Assembly: GCA_013335095.1 (NCBI GenBank)
Contig: JAAXWF010000001.1
Location: forward strand, 214,797 to 278,796
Direction of reading: 5' to 3'
Source: a candidate division WWE3 bacterium
GTDB taxonomy: Bacteria; Patescibacteriota; 4484-211; GCA-002791395
DNA length: 64,000 nt
The notes under the pieces were generated by a model. It saw only the letters and a program-made list of their open reading frames with translations, searched no databases and was not told where the DNA came from. This document shows positions 1 through 11,080 of this stretch, piece after piece. How positions within the stretch are numbered: the first letter of the stretch is position 1; every line of letters begins with the position of its first letter. Position numbers and translations under genes: made by a program.

Positions 1-885
<885 letters not shown>

Positions 886-1752
886 TTAAACTCCAATCAT
901 ACCTGCTGTTATTTCGGCAAGTTCGGTTGTAATGTGTGCCTGCCGAGATTTATTGTACTCCAGTGCTAAAGATTTTTTTATTTCTGATGCATTGTCGGTA
1001 GCATTTTGCATGGCAATCATACGAGCACTGTACTCTGACGCAACCGTCTCAAGCCTGGCCTGATAAACCATTGTTTCAAGATACAATGGCACCAGCTCTC
1101 CCAAAACCTCTCCAACAGTTGGCTCAAATGTAAATACACTGGAAGATTGATGAGCTGTTACCAAATCATTGTCGCTTATAGGCAACAATTGCTCGGCGAT
1201 TGGATGTTGAGTAAGCGCATTCTCAAAATCCGGATAAATCATAATCACACGATCAACCTGACGATGCATAAACATTTCTTCGATCAATCGAATAATTGGC
1301 CGAACATCTGCGGTTGTTAAGTTCTCCGGTATATCCGAAAAATCAGCATCAATTCGATAACCCCGACGAACCAATTGATCGCGGAGTTTTCTTCCGAGTG
1401 TAACTAAATAAGCCTTGCCATTTTTACGTTCAGTTTCAAAAATAAGATTACTCGCGAAACGGAGTAAATTTGCCGGTAAGCTCCCTGCCAGTCCACGCTG
1501 AGGTGAATACAGAATAAATAATGTGTCCACTCCATCTACACGTTGTTCAAGCAATGGATGAGGGGATGGACCGGCAGAGGATGCTACTTTGGCAAGCATC
1601 TCACGTAGTTTTAACATATACTCTCGCCCCTGTTTGGTGGTCTGCTCAGCTTTACGCATCCGCGAGGCCGCAACCAACTGCATTGCATACGTAACCTGAG
1701 CAATATTATTAACTGACTTAATCCGGCGCTTTATTTCGCGTAATTTACTCAC
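886..1752 (-). CDS. atpG: ATP synthase gamma subunit
   Basis: 288 aa, [37 protein letters not shown] is typical of gamma. Sits between atpA and atpD. Confidence 0.9.
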   Translation of the reverse strand: MSKLREIKRRIKSVNNIAQVTYAMQLVAASRMRKAEQTTKQGREYMLKLREMLAKVASSAGPSPHPLLEQRVDGVDTLFILYSPQRGLAGSLPANLLRFASNLIFETERKNGKAYLVTLGRKLRDQLVRRGYRIDADFSDIPENLTTADVRPIIRLIEEMFMHRQVDRVIMIYPDFENALTQHPIAEQLLPISDNDLVTAHQSSSVFTFEPTVGEVLGELVPLYLETMVYQARLETVASEYSARMIAMQNATDNASEIKKSLALEYNKSRQAHITTELAEITAGMIGV

Positions 1753-3230
1753 ACGCTCTCCTTTTCATAGTTGAAAGACTTTAAAAAATCAACAATAGCC
1801 TCTTCAAGATCTGGTTCTTTCACGGTCTCTAAGTAGGCAACAAATTGGGTCTTAAATTCGGCAATGGCCGAGACAGGAAGCGTATCTAAATGCCCATTAT
1901 TCACGGCGTATAATAACCCGACCTGAGCGTCAACCGAGATTGGCGAATATTGAGGTTGCTTAAGGATTTCACGAATTCTTAATCCTCGGTCAATACGTGA
2001 TTTAGTTCGCGCGTCAAGATCACTACTACCAAACTGAGCAAATGCCTCAAGCTCTCGAAACTGGGCCAAGTCTAGTCGCATTTTACTCGCGACTTTTTTC
2101 ATCGACTTTGTTTGTGCCGATGTACCAACACGTGAGACTGAATTTCCGACATCAATCGCAGGTCGCATACCAGAGTTAAACAGATCCGATTCAAGAAAAA
2201 TCTGGCCGTCGGTAATTGATATGACATTCGTCGGAATATAAGCACTCACATCTCCAAATTGAGTCTCAATTACAGGTAATGCGGTAATAGATCCTCCGCC
2301 TAGATCTTCGTTCAACCGACATGAACGCTCTAAAAGACGAGAATGTAGGTAGAAAATATCTCCCGGGAAAGCTTCTCGCCCAGCTGGACGACGCAAAATT
2401 AATGAAATTTGACGATATGCCCAAGCATGCTTCGTTAAGTCATCATAAATTATCAATACGTCGCGTCCTTTCTCTAAAAAGTATTCGGCTATAGATGTAC
2501 CTGAATAGGGTGCAATGTATTGCATTGCCACCGAATCGGATGCTGGTGCATCGACAATTATTGAATACTCGAGTGCGCCATAATCTTTGAGTAGTTGTGT
2601 GAGTTGGGCAATACGTGATTCCTTTTGTCCGATCGCTACATAAATACATATGACTGGGTTTTCAGCATTCTTTTGATTCAAGATCGTATCGATAGCAATC
2701 GCCGTTTTTCCCGTATTTCGATCACCAATAATCAATTCTCGTTGTCCTCTTCCAATAGGAACCATTGCATCAATAGCCATAATTCCCGTTTGTAATGGAA
2801 CATTCACAGGTTGCCGTTGGATTACACCAGGTGCAATCTTTTCGACAGGCATCATTTTTTCTACATGGATTTCGGAACTGAGTCCATCAATTGGCTGCCC
2901 TAATGCATTAACGACCCTACCAACGATTTGATCTGACACACCAATTGACATAATCTCTCCTGTAGATTCGAATTCGTCTCCCTCAGTAAGAAGTGTATAG
3001 TTCCCCAACACAATTGCGCCGACTTCATGATTAGTCAGATTCAATACCATAGCGTGGATATTTTTTTTCCGGCAATAAATGCGCTCCGACATCTTGGCGG
3101 TAGATAGGCCATCAAGAGTTGCAATTCCGTCACGAACACTTAGCACGTTACCAACGTTCCGAATACGACTAACATTACTGTCAGTTTTTAATGATGATTC
3201 AATTTCGTTTATTATTCCATTAATATCCAT
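1749..3230 (-). CDS. atpA: ATP synthase alpha subunit
   Basis: 493 aa with a P-loop ([19 protein letters not shown]) and conserved alpha C-terminus. Has a 4-nt overlap with atpG. Confidence 0.95.
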   Translation of the reverse strand: MDINGIINEIESSLKTDSNVSRIRNVGNVLSVRDGIATLDGLSTAKMSERIYCRKKNIHAMVLNLTNHEVGAIVLGNYTLLTEGDEFESTGEIMSIGVSDQIVGRVVNALGQPIDGLSSEIHVEKMMPVEKIAPGVIQRQPVNVPLQTGIMAIDAMVPIGRGQRELIIGDRNTGKTAIAIDTILNQKNAENPVICIYVAIGQKESRIAQLTQLLKDYGALEYSIIVDAPASDSVAMQYIAPYSGTSIAEYFLEKGRDVLIIYDDLTKHAWAYRQISLILRRPAGREAFPGDIFYLHSRLLERSCRLNEDLGGGSITALPVIETQFGDVSAYIPTNVISITDGQIFLESDLFNSGMRPAIDVGNSVSRVGTSAQTKSMKKVASKMRLDLAQFRELEAFAQFGSSDLDARTKSRIDRGLRIREILKQPQYSPISVDAQVGLLYAVNNGHLDTLPVSAIAEFKTQFVAYLETVKEPDLEEAIVDFLKSFNYEKESV

Positions 3231-3233
3231 TAA

Positions 3234-3554
3234 TTATCTCCCCTTTAACTGTGATAGTCTGCCTAACACCGAATCGTCATAAACATAATCTTCAAATACA
3301 ATTCGAACGCCTCCGATTAGTGTCTCGTTTAGTACAAAAGAGACCTCATGCACCGTATCAAAACGCTGACGAATTGCATTCTCGATTTGATCTTTTTGCT
3401 GTACGGTTAATTCACCAGCGTATTGAACAGTGGCATTTTTTCTTTTTAGGTATTCCTGTAATTTTTCTAATGTTCGTTGTATTAATTTTGGCTGATTACT
3501 CTCAACCAAAGCTTTTACAATTTGATCACTTTTCTTCTCGATATCACGAACCAT
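3234..3554 (-). CDS. atpH: ATP synthase delta (OSCP) subunit, unusually short (106 aa)
   Basis: Position between atpF and atpA. The C-terminal ...IGGVRIVFEDYVYDDSVLGRLSQL resembles the delta C-terminal domain. The N-terminal alpha-binding domain appears to be missing. Confidence 0.6.
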   Translation of the reverse strand: MVRDIEKKSDQIVKALVESNQPKLIQRTLEKLQEYLKRKNATVQYAGELTVQQKDQIENAIRQRFDTVHEVSFVLNETLIGGVRIVFEDYVYDDSVLGRLSQLKGR

Positions 3555-4041
3555 ATTCCTTTAACCTCCTAACGGATTGGTCGGCAAGTTGCTTCTGTTG
3601 ATCTGGAGTAACTCCATCTTTTAGGACCTGCTCTGCAACCTCAATGGCGACTTGTTTAACTTCTTTCCGCATTTGATTCCACATTTCAGCCTCTCTTAAT
3701 GCCAAATCCTTCCTACCCTGTACAATTAAATTTTCAGCATGCTTTTGGGCATCTGTTTCAAGCTGCTTTGCTAGTTTTTCACCGCGTTGGCGCGCTTCAA
3801 TCACCATCTGTTCGGCTTGCTTACGCGTCTCCTTTACCATCTGCTCACGCTCCTTATGAAGGTTATCTCGTTCTTTATTAAGCTCTGATCGTAATTCTTC
3901 GGAAGCGGCTATCTGCTGTTGCCTTTTTTCTAGCACATCCATTAGCGGACGGTATAATAACCGTTTCATCACGTACAACAACACGATGAAGTTAAACATC
4001 TGAATACCAATTATTAGTGGGTTAATGCCTAATTGTTCCAT
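3544..4041 (-). CDS. atpF: ATP synthase subunit b
   Basis: 165 aa with an N-terminal TM helix followed by a long charged coiled coil (KQAEQMVIEARQRGEKLAKQLETDAQK). Operon position supports the call. Confidence 0.8.
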   Translation of the reverse strand: MEQLGINPLIIGIQMFNFIVLLYVMKRLLYRPLMDVLEKRQQQIAASEELRSELNKERDNLHKEREQMVKETRKQAEQMVIEARQRGEKLAKQLETDAQKHAENLIVQGRKDLALREAEMWNQMRKEVKQVAIEVAEQVLKDGVTPDQQKQLADQSVRRLKEYGS

Positions 4042-4047
4042 AATTCC

Positions 4048-4278
4048 TTACATTACAAATAATACGATTAAGGCAATAACAAGGCCAAAGATCGCTAAGG
4101 AGTCGACTAGCGCAATCGCCAAAATCATGTTTTGACGAATGTTATCCGAGACTTCTGGATTACGTCCCATGGACTCCAACGCACCTTTTCCTATTAGACC
4201 AGCTCCGATACCGGGACCGATCGTACCTAAACCGATTGCGAGTGCTGCGGCAATTAATTTTAATGCTCCTGCATCCAT
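4048..4278 (-). CDS. atpE: ATP synthase subunit c
   Basis: 76-aa two-TM hairpin protein with a GxGxGxG-rich helix and a conserved acidic residue in helix 2 (LAIALVDSLAIFGLV). Confidence 0.9.
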   Translation of the reverse strand: MDAGALKLIAAALAIGLGTIGPGIGAGLIGKGALESMGRNPEVSDNIRQNMILAIALVDSLAIFGLVIALIVLFVM

Positions 4279-4353
4279 AGAATAACACCTCCTTTATATG
4301 TCGCATCGAAACGACGCACTTCTACTTTATGCATTGTAACAGCCATGATCGTT

Positions 4354-5100
4354 TTATGCATGACTATATTCGACAGCTCCTCCCATATATACGAGTGCTA
4401 ACATGGCAAATACAATGGCTTGAATAAATCCGACAAAAAGCTCTAGAACAGTAAACGGCAGCGGTACTATGTACGGTAGTAAAAATGAAATCACTGTAAG
4501 AAGCACCTCGCCAGCAAATATATTACCAAACAAACGAAATGCGAGAGATATCGTTTTTGAAAATTCAGAAATTAATTCTAGGATGCCGACATAAAAATTG
4601 ATTGGAGAGCTAAACGTAATAAATCGCGAGATATAGCCCCGAAATCCAGCATTTCTAATTCCATAATATTGGACGGCAATAAAGACTAAGAGAGAAAGCG
4701 CAATCGTTGTGTTAATATCGGTAGTTGCTGCCCGAAACAAAGGGACAAACTCGGTAGAACCATGGTTCTGAATATTGATACCAATACCCGAGATACCAGG
4801 AAGTAAACCAAACCAATTGGAGAACAAAATAAACACAAATAACGTCATCGCAATCGGGAAAAACTCATCCACGTGACTTACGGATATACTTTTAGCGGTC
4901 TGATACATCCAACCGGTGATCATTTCGGTTACTAATTGAAATTTTGATGGCACGATTGACAGCGTTGATTTAAGTGAAAACGCCAAGATTATTATCAGTA
5001 ACGATACAACTCCGGTAGTAAGAAGCGAGTTAGTTATAGGGAAACCTAAAATTTCCGTTAATTTTTCTGCCGCAACAACAATGTGTGGTGTATGTTCCAT
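4354..5100 (-). CDS. atpB: ATP synthase subunit a
   Basis: 248-aa polytopic membrane protein with the conserved R-containing helix (LAFRLFGNIFAGEVLL) of Fo-a. First gene of the atp cluster. Confidence 0.85.
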   Translation of the reverse strand: MEHTPHIVVAAEKLTEILGFPITNSLLTTGVVSLLIIILAFSLKSTLSIVPSKFQLVTEMITGWMYQTAKSISVSHVDEFFPIAMTLFVFILFSNWFGLLPGISGIGINIQNHGSTEFVPLFRAATTDINTTIALSLLVFIAVQYYGIRNAGFRGYISRFITFSSPINFYVGILELISEFSKTISLAFRLFGNIFAGEVLLTVISFLLPYIVPLPFTVLELFVGFIQAIVFAMLALVYMGGAVEYSHA

Positions 5101-5102
5101 AA

Positions 5103-5615
5103 TTATTTATCGTCTTCAAGGAAAACAATTTGTGAGGAGTTCTTTATTGTATCATAATAGGCAAAGCTGGCCTTTCCAGGTTTCCCAAATTGAATCCCGC
5201 ACACTGCCCCTGGATTAAGAAGTAACGAACTACCGACATATTCGCTCTTGGCGATATGGTTATGCCCATGAAATACGGCATCATATTCCCCGGTTTTAGC
5301 CAGTAATTCAGCTAACCTTGGATAATGACAAAAAGCAACTGTCCGATTATCAAGTTCAGCAGTACCATATTCCTGAGATAAGTTGAACCAAGTAGCGTTT
5401 GAACCAAGCTTTGAATGAATACCAATCTGATCCTCATCATTATTCCCGAGACAAGCATATATTGGCCTTTCAACACGACCCAAGATCTCGGCTGAAAATG
5501 GCGCGCAAAAATCTCCACAATAAATTACAGCATCAACCTCGGTTTTTATCATTGCGAGGATTTTCTCAAGATTCCAAATATGGTCATGTATGTCAGAAAG
5601 TATTGCAACTATCAC
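5103..5615 (-). CDS. Calcineurin-like metallophosphoesterase (YfcE-like)
   Basis: Has the motifs LSDIHD, GDFCAPF, GNNDED and HGHNH of the MPP superfamily. Confidence 0.7.
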   Translation of the reverse strand: MIVAILSDIHDHIWNLEKILAMIKTEVDAVIYCGDFCAPFSAEILGRVERPIYACLGNNDEDQIGIHSKLGSNATWFNLSQEYGTAELDNRTVAFCHYPRLAELLAKTGEYDAVFHGHNHIAKSEYVGSSLLLNPGAVCGIQFGKPGKASFAYYDTIKNSSQIVFLEDDK

Positions 5616-5659
5616 AAGGATAGTGTAACAAATACCACTAAGAGTACAATATAAATAGT

Positions 5660-6154
5660 ATGTACATTAAGGCTATTGTTTTCACCATATTCGTAATTGC
5701 GCTCATCGTAGGTTCAATCTTATTTGTTAACCCATTTACTGACGTGAAGAGTGCCAAAATACAACACGAGACAATAGTAACAATCACCAACCCCCAAACA
5801 AATCGCCCACATACGTTCATTGTAGAAGTTGCTAATACTCCAATTAAGAGAGAAGAGGGGTTAATGAACAAAGAAAGGCTAGACTCTAATAAAGGTATGC
5901 TATTCACGTATGACCAACCACAATTAATGACATTCTGGATGAAAAACACTCTCATTCCGCTCGATTTAATCGTAATAAATAATAATAAAGTCGTCGATAT
6001 TATCGAATCAATGGAACCGTGCACAGATCAAACCTCATGTACGATATATAAAAGTAAGGTATCTGGTGATAAAGCAATGGAGATTAATGGTGGACTGGTT
6101 GAAAAGTTAAACATAGCAATTGGAGACACCATCTCGATCGAAAACAACCCATAG
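5660..6154 (+). CDS. DUF192 (COG1430) family protein, signal-anchored
   Basis: N-terminal TM, then EVANTPIKREEGLMNKERLDSNKGMLFTYD...TFWMKNTLIPLDLIVIN matches the DUF192 consensus. Confidence 0.6.
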   Translation: MYIKAIVFTIFVIALIVGSILFVNPFTDVKSAKIQHETIVTITNPQTNRPHTFIVEVANTPIKREEGLMNKERLDSNKGMLFTYDQPQLMTFWMKNTLIPLDLIVINNNKVVDIIESMEPCTDQTSCTIYKSKVSGDKAMEINGGLVEKLNIAIGDTISIENNP

Positions 6155-6233
6155 CATTGACTAATCTTTTCAAATTTGTCATAATACTTCACATGATGGG
6201 AAAGCGGCCGAAGCAATGCGAAAGGAGTCGCTA

Positions 6234-6452
6234 ATGGCGACAGATCTGCCCCAAAAAGCAACGCCAAACAAGGCGAATGCCTTGATGCGGTTTTTAACCG
6301 CCACTGATCAGCCCACCTGGTTACGGTGGGTTGTCGGAATCGCCTTTGTCATCAACATCCTCATCCCAGACCCATCTCCATTACTGGATGAAATTCTGAT
6401 GGCAGTGTGGCTATATGTGGCATGGAGGAACTCACAGCAGGCTCCAGAGTAA
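6234..6452 (+). CDS. Small membrane protein (possibly DUF1232-like)
   Basis: An AAAGGAG RBS lies 7 nt before the ATG at 6234. Has a hydrophobic helix and an IPDPSPLLDEILMAVWLY segment. A stem-loop followed by a T-rich tract sits downstream at 6467-6495. Confidence 0.3.
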   Translation: MATDLPQKATPNKANALMRFLTATDQPTWLRWVVGIAFVINILIPDPSPLLDEILMAVWLYVAWRNSQQAPE

Positions 6453-6557
6453 CGTCGTAACCTTAAAGTGCGGGGGTTTGTAATACAACCCCTGCTATTA
6501 ATTCTCAAATTCGTATAGTCAAATCAATTGAAGGAATAGCGTACAAAAAGCTTTATA

Positions 6558-6635
6558 TGGTCGGGGAGGTCGGACTCGAACCGACGGCCTCCAGCACCCC
6601 ATGCTGGCGCGCTAGCCAAACTGCGCCACACCCCG
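6558..6635 (-). tRNA. tRNA-Pro (anticodon GGG)
   Basis: The reverse complement folds as a cloverleaf: CGGGGTG-TG-GCGC..GCGC-G-CCAGC-AUGGGGU-GCUGG-AGGCC-GTCGG-TTCGAGT-CCGAC-CTCCCCG-A-CCA. CCA is encoded. There is one U-U mismatch in the acceptor stem. Confidence 0.85.
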
Positions 6636-6707
6636 ATGACTTGTTTATTATATCGCATTACATGTACATCCAATTACAACAAAATGATAACATTGTATGT
6701 ACTATAT

Positions 6708-7307
6708 ATGTCGGAAGATAGTAAAAAACTAGCAGAACGCCTCCCTAATAACCCGCACATCCAACATGCTATAAAGCTGATCAATCAAGAGTTTGGAGAT
6801 CGATTACGCAAAGACAAATCAGAACCAATGATTAATCACTCACTACGAGTAGGAAATATTATAGCTCCCTATGTAAAGGATAATGACGAGATAATAGCTG
6901 CTCTCCTTCATGATATTCTGGAGGATTCAAAAGTAAGCGCAGATCAAATAAACCAACACTATGGAACGAGAGTAATAAGCCTAGTGGAATCACTCACTGA
7001 GGACAACAGAAATGATAGTTGGGAGGAACGGAAGAAAATGGCTTTGATCAAGCTATCTTCTGCATCAGATGAGGCTTTATTAATCAAGACCGCCGACCAA
7101 ATTGATAATTTAGAAACATTTATCCGATTTGCTAAACAAAATCCTAAAGATATCGAAGTAGCTTGGTCAATATTCTCAAGAGGTCGGAATGCAAGACTGG
7201 CTCAATGGAAGGCCATGTTTAAGCTCATCTCTCAAAGATATATAAATATTCCAGAAGCTCTTCTAAAGCGTTATGTAACTGCGCTAGAAGAAGTTAATAA
7301 TCTGTAA
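6708..7307 (+). CDS. HD-domain phosphohydrolase ((p)ppGpp-hydrolase/Mesh1-like)
   Basis: H..R...LLHDILEDS HD motif. The start is ambiguous between ATG 6684 and ATG 6708. The upstream part of the ORF overlaps the tRNA and is unlikely to be coding. Confidence 0.6.
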   Translation: MSEDSKKLAERLPNNPHIQHAIKLINQEFGDRLRKDKSEPMINHSLRVGNIIAPYVKDNDEIIAALLHDILEDSKVSADQINQHYGTRVISLVESLTEDNRNDSWEERKKMALIKLSSASDEALLIKTADQIDNLETFIRFAKQNPKDIEVAWSIFSRGRNARLAQWKAMFKLISQRYINIPEALLKRYVTALEEVNNL

Positions 7308-7320
7308 ATAAAATTTATTA

Positions 7321-7734
7321 CTAACGCTTTGAGAATTGAGGTGCTTTACGTGCACGTTTGAGACCGTATTTTTTACGCTCTTTCATGCGGGGATCACGAG
7401 TCAATAAGCCGGCATCTTTAAGTAACGGGCGCAAATTAGCGTCAGTGAGTTCAATAGCCTTTGCAAGACCAAGAACAACTGCTCCTAACTGAGATTTTTT
7501 ACCACCACCAACAACTTTTACCGAAATATCATACCCCTTATGATCTCTACCAGTAACCTTAAATGGTTGTAGTAATCTCGATTGGTCTAATGTCGCTGGA
7601 AAGTACTCTTCCATGCGGTGCTCACCATTTATTATAAATTGACCGAATCCAGGAGCCATCTTTATCCGTGCGACAGCGGTTTTTCGACGACCTGAAATCC
7701 AAACTGTTTTATCTTTTCCTAATATTTTTGCCAT
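7321..7734 (-). CDS. rpsI: 30S ribosomal protein S9
   Basis: 137 aa with a C-terminal ...RKKYGLKRARKAPQFSKR. Confidence 0.95.
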   Translation of the reverse strand: MAKILGKDKTVWISGRRKTAVARIKMAPGFGQFIINGEHRMEEYFPATLDQSRLLQPFKVTGRDHKGYDISVKVVGGGKKSQLGAVVLGLAKAIELTDANLRPLLKDAGLLTRDPRMKERKKYGLKRARKAPQFSKR

Positions 7735-7735
7735 G

Positions 7736-8158
7736 TTATTTTATTTCCTCAGGTTGTTGTGCAAGATGAGGATGTTCGCTTCCAGTATACACGTATAGTT
7801 TTTTTATCATATCTTTAGCTAATCGATTTTTAGGCAGCATACCCTTCACTGCTTCTCTAATAAGATTGATTGGTTTCTCTTGACGTAATTTACCTGCGGT
7901 AGATTGCTTCAATCCTCCTGGATGGCCAGTATGTCGATAGTAGACTTTCTTTTCTTCTTTTCGCCCAGTTAAAACGACCTTTTCAGCATTAATAATAATG
8001 ACATTATCCCCCATATCCCATTGTGGTGAATAGTATGGATGGTTCTTACCCTGCAGTATTAATGCGACATCTGTAGTCATTCGACCTAATACTTTATCGC
8101 TTGCATCAATAACAAACCATTTGCGGGTTATTGTTTTAGGGGTAATATTAGTTTTCAT
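7736..8158 (-). CDS. rplM: 50S ribosomal protein L13
   Basis: 140 aa, KWFVIDASDKVLGRMTTDVALILQGK is typical of L13. Located upstream of rpsI. Confidence 0.95.
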   Translation of the reverse strand: MKTNITPKTITRKWFVIDASDKVLGRMTTDVALILQGKNHPYYSPQWDMGDNVIIINAEKVVLTGRKEEKKVYYRHTGHPGGLKQSTAGKLRQEKPINLIREAVKGMLPKNRLAKDMIKKLYVYTGSEHPHLAQQPEEIK

Positions 8159-8585
8159 TCTTTACTCGTCCTTTCTTTGTGCTTGATTTCCCTTTTGTTT
8201 CTTCATCTTTCGAACTTTCTGCTTTCGCTTCAACTAATAGTATAATAGCTTCTTCTGCACCATCACCTTGACGCTGTCCAAGTTTAATAATACGAGTATA
8301 ACCACCTTGGCGATTCTCACTAGTATAACGAGGGCCAACTTTTTCTATAAGGATTTTTACCACATCGCGGTCAAATAATACATTAGCTAACAACTGCTGT
8401 GAATGTGCTGAATCAGATTTAGCGCGGTTTATGATTGGCTCAACAAACGGCCTAAGCGCTTTTGCTTTTGCTAAGGTTGTTCTTATTTTGCCATGACGAA
8501 TTAGTTCTTGTGAAAGATTTTTTAATAACGCTTTACGATGTGAAGTTGTTCGACTAAGTTTTGTTTGAGCTTTCCTTTTACGCAT
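8148..8585 (-). CDS. rplQ: 50S ribosomal protein L17
   Basis: MRKRKAQTKLSRTTSHRKALLKNL... is an L17 signature. Follows rpoA. Confidence 0.9.
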   Translation of the reverse strand: MRKRKAQTKLSRTTSHRKALLKNLSQELIRHGKIRTTLAKAKALRPFVEPIINRAKSDSAHSQQLLANVLFDRDVVKILIEKVGPRYTSENRQGGYTRIIKLGQRQGDGAEEAIILLVEAKAESSKDEETKGKSSTKKGRVKNEN

Positions 8586-8631
8586 TGTTTTACCATCCTA
8601 ATTTAATAATGAGAAGTTATGAGCTTGAGGC

Positions 8632-9552
8632 TTATTTCGCTTCTTCTACTTTTTTGAGCAGCATCTTTACAGTTTTAGGACCAATGTTTTTTACACCTTT
8701 CAGTCCCTCTTCACCAGACTCACGAACATCTCGAGCTGTTTCAAATCCTGATTTTTTTAATGTATTAAGAACACGAGTAGGTAAATTCAATTCTTCTAAA
8801 TATGTTTCTTTTGTGGTTGATTTGGTCTCAACAACTTGTTCTGTCGATTCTTTTTCAACGGCTGCTTGGTATACAGATGTATCACCAGCTAAAAGTTGGA
8901 AATATTCTACTAGTATCGCTGATGCTTGTTGAATAGATTCTTTTGGTGTTATTGAACCATTAGTCGTAACATCCATAACTAATCTGTCCAAGTTGGTGAC
9001 GCGACCAACACGAGTATCTTCAACTGTGTAATCAGCAAGAACAACTGGTGAGAAATTTGCATCGATTGGAATAATTCCAACAGTCTTCTTTTCACGATCC
9101 TCTGGCAATCGATATCCCTTACCATATTCAACCGTAATTTCCATTTTCAAAGAACTTTTCTTATCTGATAATGTAGCTAAATGATGATCCTTATTAACGA
9201 CCTCAATACCTGTAGGGCACTTTAGATCTCCAGCGGTAATATCTCCCTCGCCAGAAGCATCAAGGGTGACTATTGTTGTTTTGATTTGCGACATCTTGAA
9301 ATTTACGCCCTTTAAATTCTGAACTAACGCAACTACATCTTCATGAACTCCTTTAATGGTAGCAAACTCATGTGTAGCACCATCAATTTTTACGCGAGTT
9401 ATTGATGCACCAGACAGTTGACCAAGAAGAACGCGTCGCAAAGCGTTTCCTAATGTGTGGCCAAATCCGCGCTCTAAAGGCTCAATTGAAAATACATCTC
9501 GATTTCCGCCTTTGTTCTCTAAAATGTTAAATTTAATCTCGTAGTTTGTCAT
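8632..9552 (-). CDS. rpoA: DNA-directed RNA polymerase alpha subunit
   Basis: 306 aa with an N-terminal dimerisation domain (GHTLGNALRRVLL) and a C-terminal alpha-CTD-like region. In the conserved S4-rpoA-L17 position. Confidence 0.95.
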   Translation of the reverse strand: MTNYEIKFNILENKGGNRDVFSIEPLERGFGHTLGNALRRVLLGQLSGASITRVKIDGATHEFATIKGVHEDVVALVQNLKGVNFKMSQIKTTIVTLDASGEGDITAGDLKCPTGIEVVNKDHHLATLSDKKSSLKMEITVEYGKGYRLPEDREKKTVGIIPIDANFSPVVLADYTVEDTRVGRVTNLDRLVMDVTTNGSITPKESIQQASAILVEYFQLLAGDTSVYQAAVEKESTEQVVETKSTTKETYLEELNLPTRVLNTLKKSGFETARDVRESGEEGLKGVKNIGPKTVKMLLKKVEEAK

Positions 9553-9581
9553 ATTTATTTCCTGGGGCTAACCCCACTCGA

Positions 9582-10160
9582 TCACCTTGAATAATACTCG
9601 ATAATCAGCTGTAAATCAACATTTACTTGCAGATCATCTTCACTCGGTACTGATTTTACCACACCGATGTGTCCTTTACGCTCTAACCAACTTGGTAATT
9701 CTTGAGCGCGAGCAGAAGACAAGGATTCTACCACTAGTGGATTGCTTACTAAAGAATCAACTAATGCAACTGTTTGCCCTGCTTTAACATTATACGATGG
9801 AATGTCAAGCCTTTTCCCATCGACAATTATGTTGCCATGAGTGACTAGCTGTCTAGCTGCCCGGATCGTTGAAGCTAATCCAAGGCGATAAACGACGTTG
9901 TCTAATCGTGACTCGAGTAATTGTAACAGAACTTGTCCAGTGTTTTTAGGGTTACGTTTTGCTTGCGCAAATAAACGACGGAATTGCTTTTCTTGCAGAC
10001 CATACATAAACTTCAATTTTTGTTTTTCATCAAGACGCACTCCATATTCAGACTTTCGGCGAGGACGCTTTGCTCCAGGAATATAAGTTGGTGTTGTTAC
10101 CGTAGGCAACAAACCATAACGTTTCTGTTTTTTTACCACCGGACCGGTGTATCGAGACAT
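9582..10160 (-). CDS. rpsD: 30S ribosomal protein S4
   Basis: True start MSRYTGPVVKK is internal to the listed ORF. S4 domain present. Confidence 0.9.
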   Translation of the reverse strand: MSRYTGPVVKKQKRYGLLPTVTTPTYIPGAKRPRRKSEYGVRLDEKQKLKFMYGLQEKQFRRLFAQAKRNPKNTGQVLLQLLESRLDNVVYRLGLASTIRAARQLVTHGNIIVDGKRLDIPSYNVKAGQTVALVDSLVSNPLVVESLSSARAQELPSWLERKGHIGVVKSVPSEDDLQVNVDLQLIIEYYSR

Positions 10161-10558
10161 TAGACTCTCCTCCTTTTCCGTGGTCGACATCCATTATGTG
10201 GGATAGGACTTATATCAGCTATTGAAGTAATTTCTAAACCAGCGGCTCTAAGTGCTCGAACAGCAGCATCTCTACCCATTCCAATACCTTTAATAAAAAC
10301 GTCAACTCTTTCCATACCTCTATTTTTAATGTCGTCAGCGACTCTCTGTACACTTGTCGTGGCTGCAAATGGAGTCGATTTTCGAGTTCCCTCAAACCCT
10401 GCAGTACCTGCACTACCCCAACCTACGACATTACCATTTGCATCGGAAACGGTAACAATTGTATTGTTAAACGTTGCGGTAACAAATACTTTACCTTCAG
10501 TTGATAAACGTGTTTTCTTTTTCGCTGTTGTTGTCTTATTTTTTACTGTTTTAGCCAT
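10160..10558 (-). CDS. rpsK: 30S ribosomal protein S11
   Basis: 132 aa with the GVVHIKSTFNNTIVTVTD-type motif (here TATFNNTIVTVSDANGN). Confidence 0.95.
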   Translation of the reverse strand: MAKTVKNKTTTAKKKTRLSTEGKVFVTATFNNTIVTVSDANGNVVGWGSAGTAGFEGTRKSTPFAATTSVQRVADDIKNRGMERVDVFIKGIGMGRDAAVRALRAAGLEITSIADISPIPHNGCRPRKRRRV

Positions 10559-10561
10559 ATA

Positions 10562-10951
10562 TTATGTCTTTGACACTGCCTTTCGAACACTAACGCCACC
10601 GACAGTACGCTTTGGACCTTTCCTCGTGCGACCATTTGAACGTGTTTTTTGACCTCGCAATGGGAGTCCTTTTTTATGACGTCCCCCTCGATATGATCCA
10701 ATATCTGCTAATCTTTTTATATTATCCTTGATTTGTCGATTTAATTCACCCTCGACGACCCATTCTTTATCAATTACCGATGTTAAACGACTAACATCAT
10801 CTTCGGTTAATGCAGAGGCGCGCATGTTAGGGTCCAATCCTAACTGAGCAATAATTTTTTCCGCAGCAGGACGGCCAATACCCTTTATATACGCGAGTGC
10901 GAAAGGTAATTTTTTATTTTCTGGTATATCAACTCCAACAATTCTTGGCAT
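10562..10951 (-). CDS. rpsM: 30S ribosomal protein S13
   Basis: True start MPRIVGVDIPENKK. Has a KRLADIGSYRGGRHKKGLPLRGQ core. Confidence 0.9.
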   Translation of the reverse strand: MPRIVGVDIPENKKLPFALAYIKGIGRPAAEKIIAQLGLDPNMRASALTEDDVSRLTSVIDKEWVVEGELNRQIKDNIKRLADIGSYRGGRHKKGLPLRGQKTRSNGRTRKGPKRTVGGVSVRKAVSKT

Positions 10952-10955
10952 ATTT

Positions 10956-11072
10956 TTATCCTTGACGCTGATTATGGCGTTTTTCACGACTGCATCGCAC
11001 AATAATAACGCCTTTGCGCTTAAATACTTTACAATAATTACATCGTGGTTTAACAGACGCTCGTACTTGCAT
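10956..11072 (-). CDS. rpmJ: 50S ribosomal protein L36 (Zn-ribbon)
   Basis: A 38-aa ORF I translated by hand: [38 protein letters not shown]. It is not in the supplied ORF track, which presumably has a length cutoff. It sits in the conserved infA-rpmJ-rpsM position. Confidence 0.85.
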   Translation of the reverse strand: MQVRASVKPRCNYCKVFKRKGVIIVRCSREKRHNQRQG

Positions 11073-11080
11073 TTTTTCTC

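Noticed and set aside
2443-3601. Several 60-116 aa ORFs (2443..2649 -, 3079..3282 +, 3251..3601 +) inside or antisense to atpA/atpH
   Set aside because: They lie entirely within well-supported ATP synthase genes, have no RBS and have low-complexity or odd composition. They are spurious.
5638-6024. 128-aa minus-strand ORF overlapping the DUF192 gene
   Set aside because: The plus-strand frame has a recognisable DUF192 domain and a signal anchor. The minus-strand ORF is the antisense shadow.
8561-8932. 123-aa plus-strand ORF across the rplQ/rpoA junction
   Set aside because: It is antisense to two highly conserved genes and has a Ser/Phe-rich composition typical of shadow ORFs.
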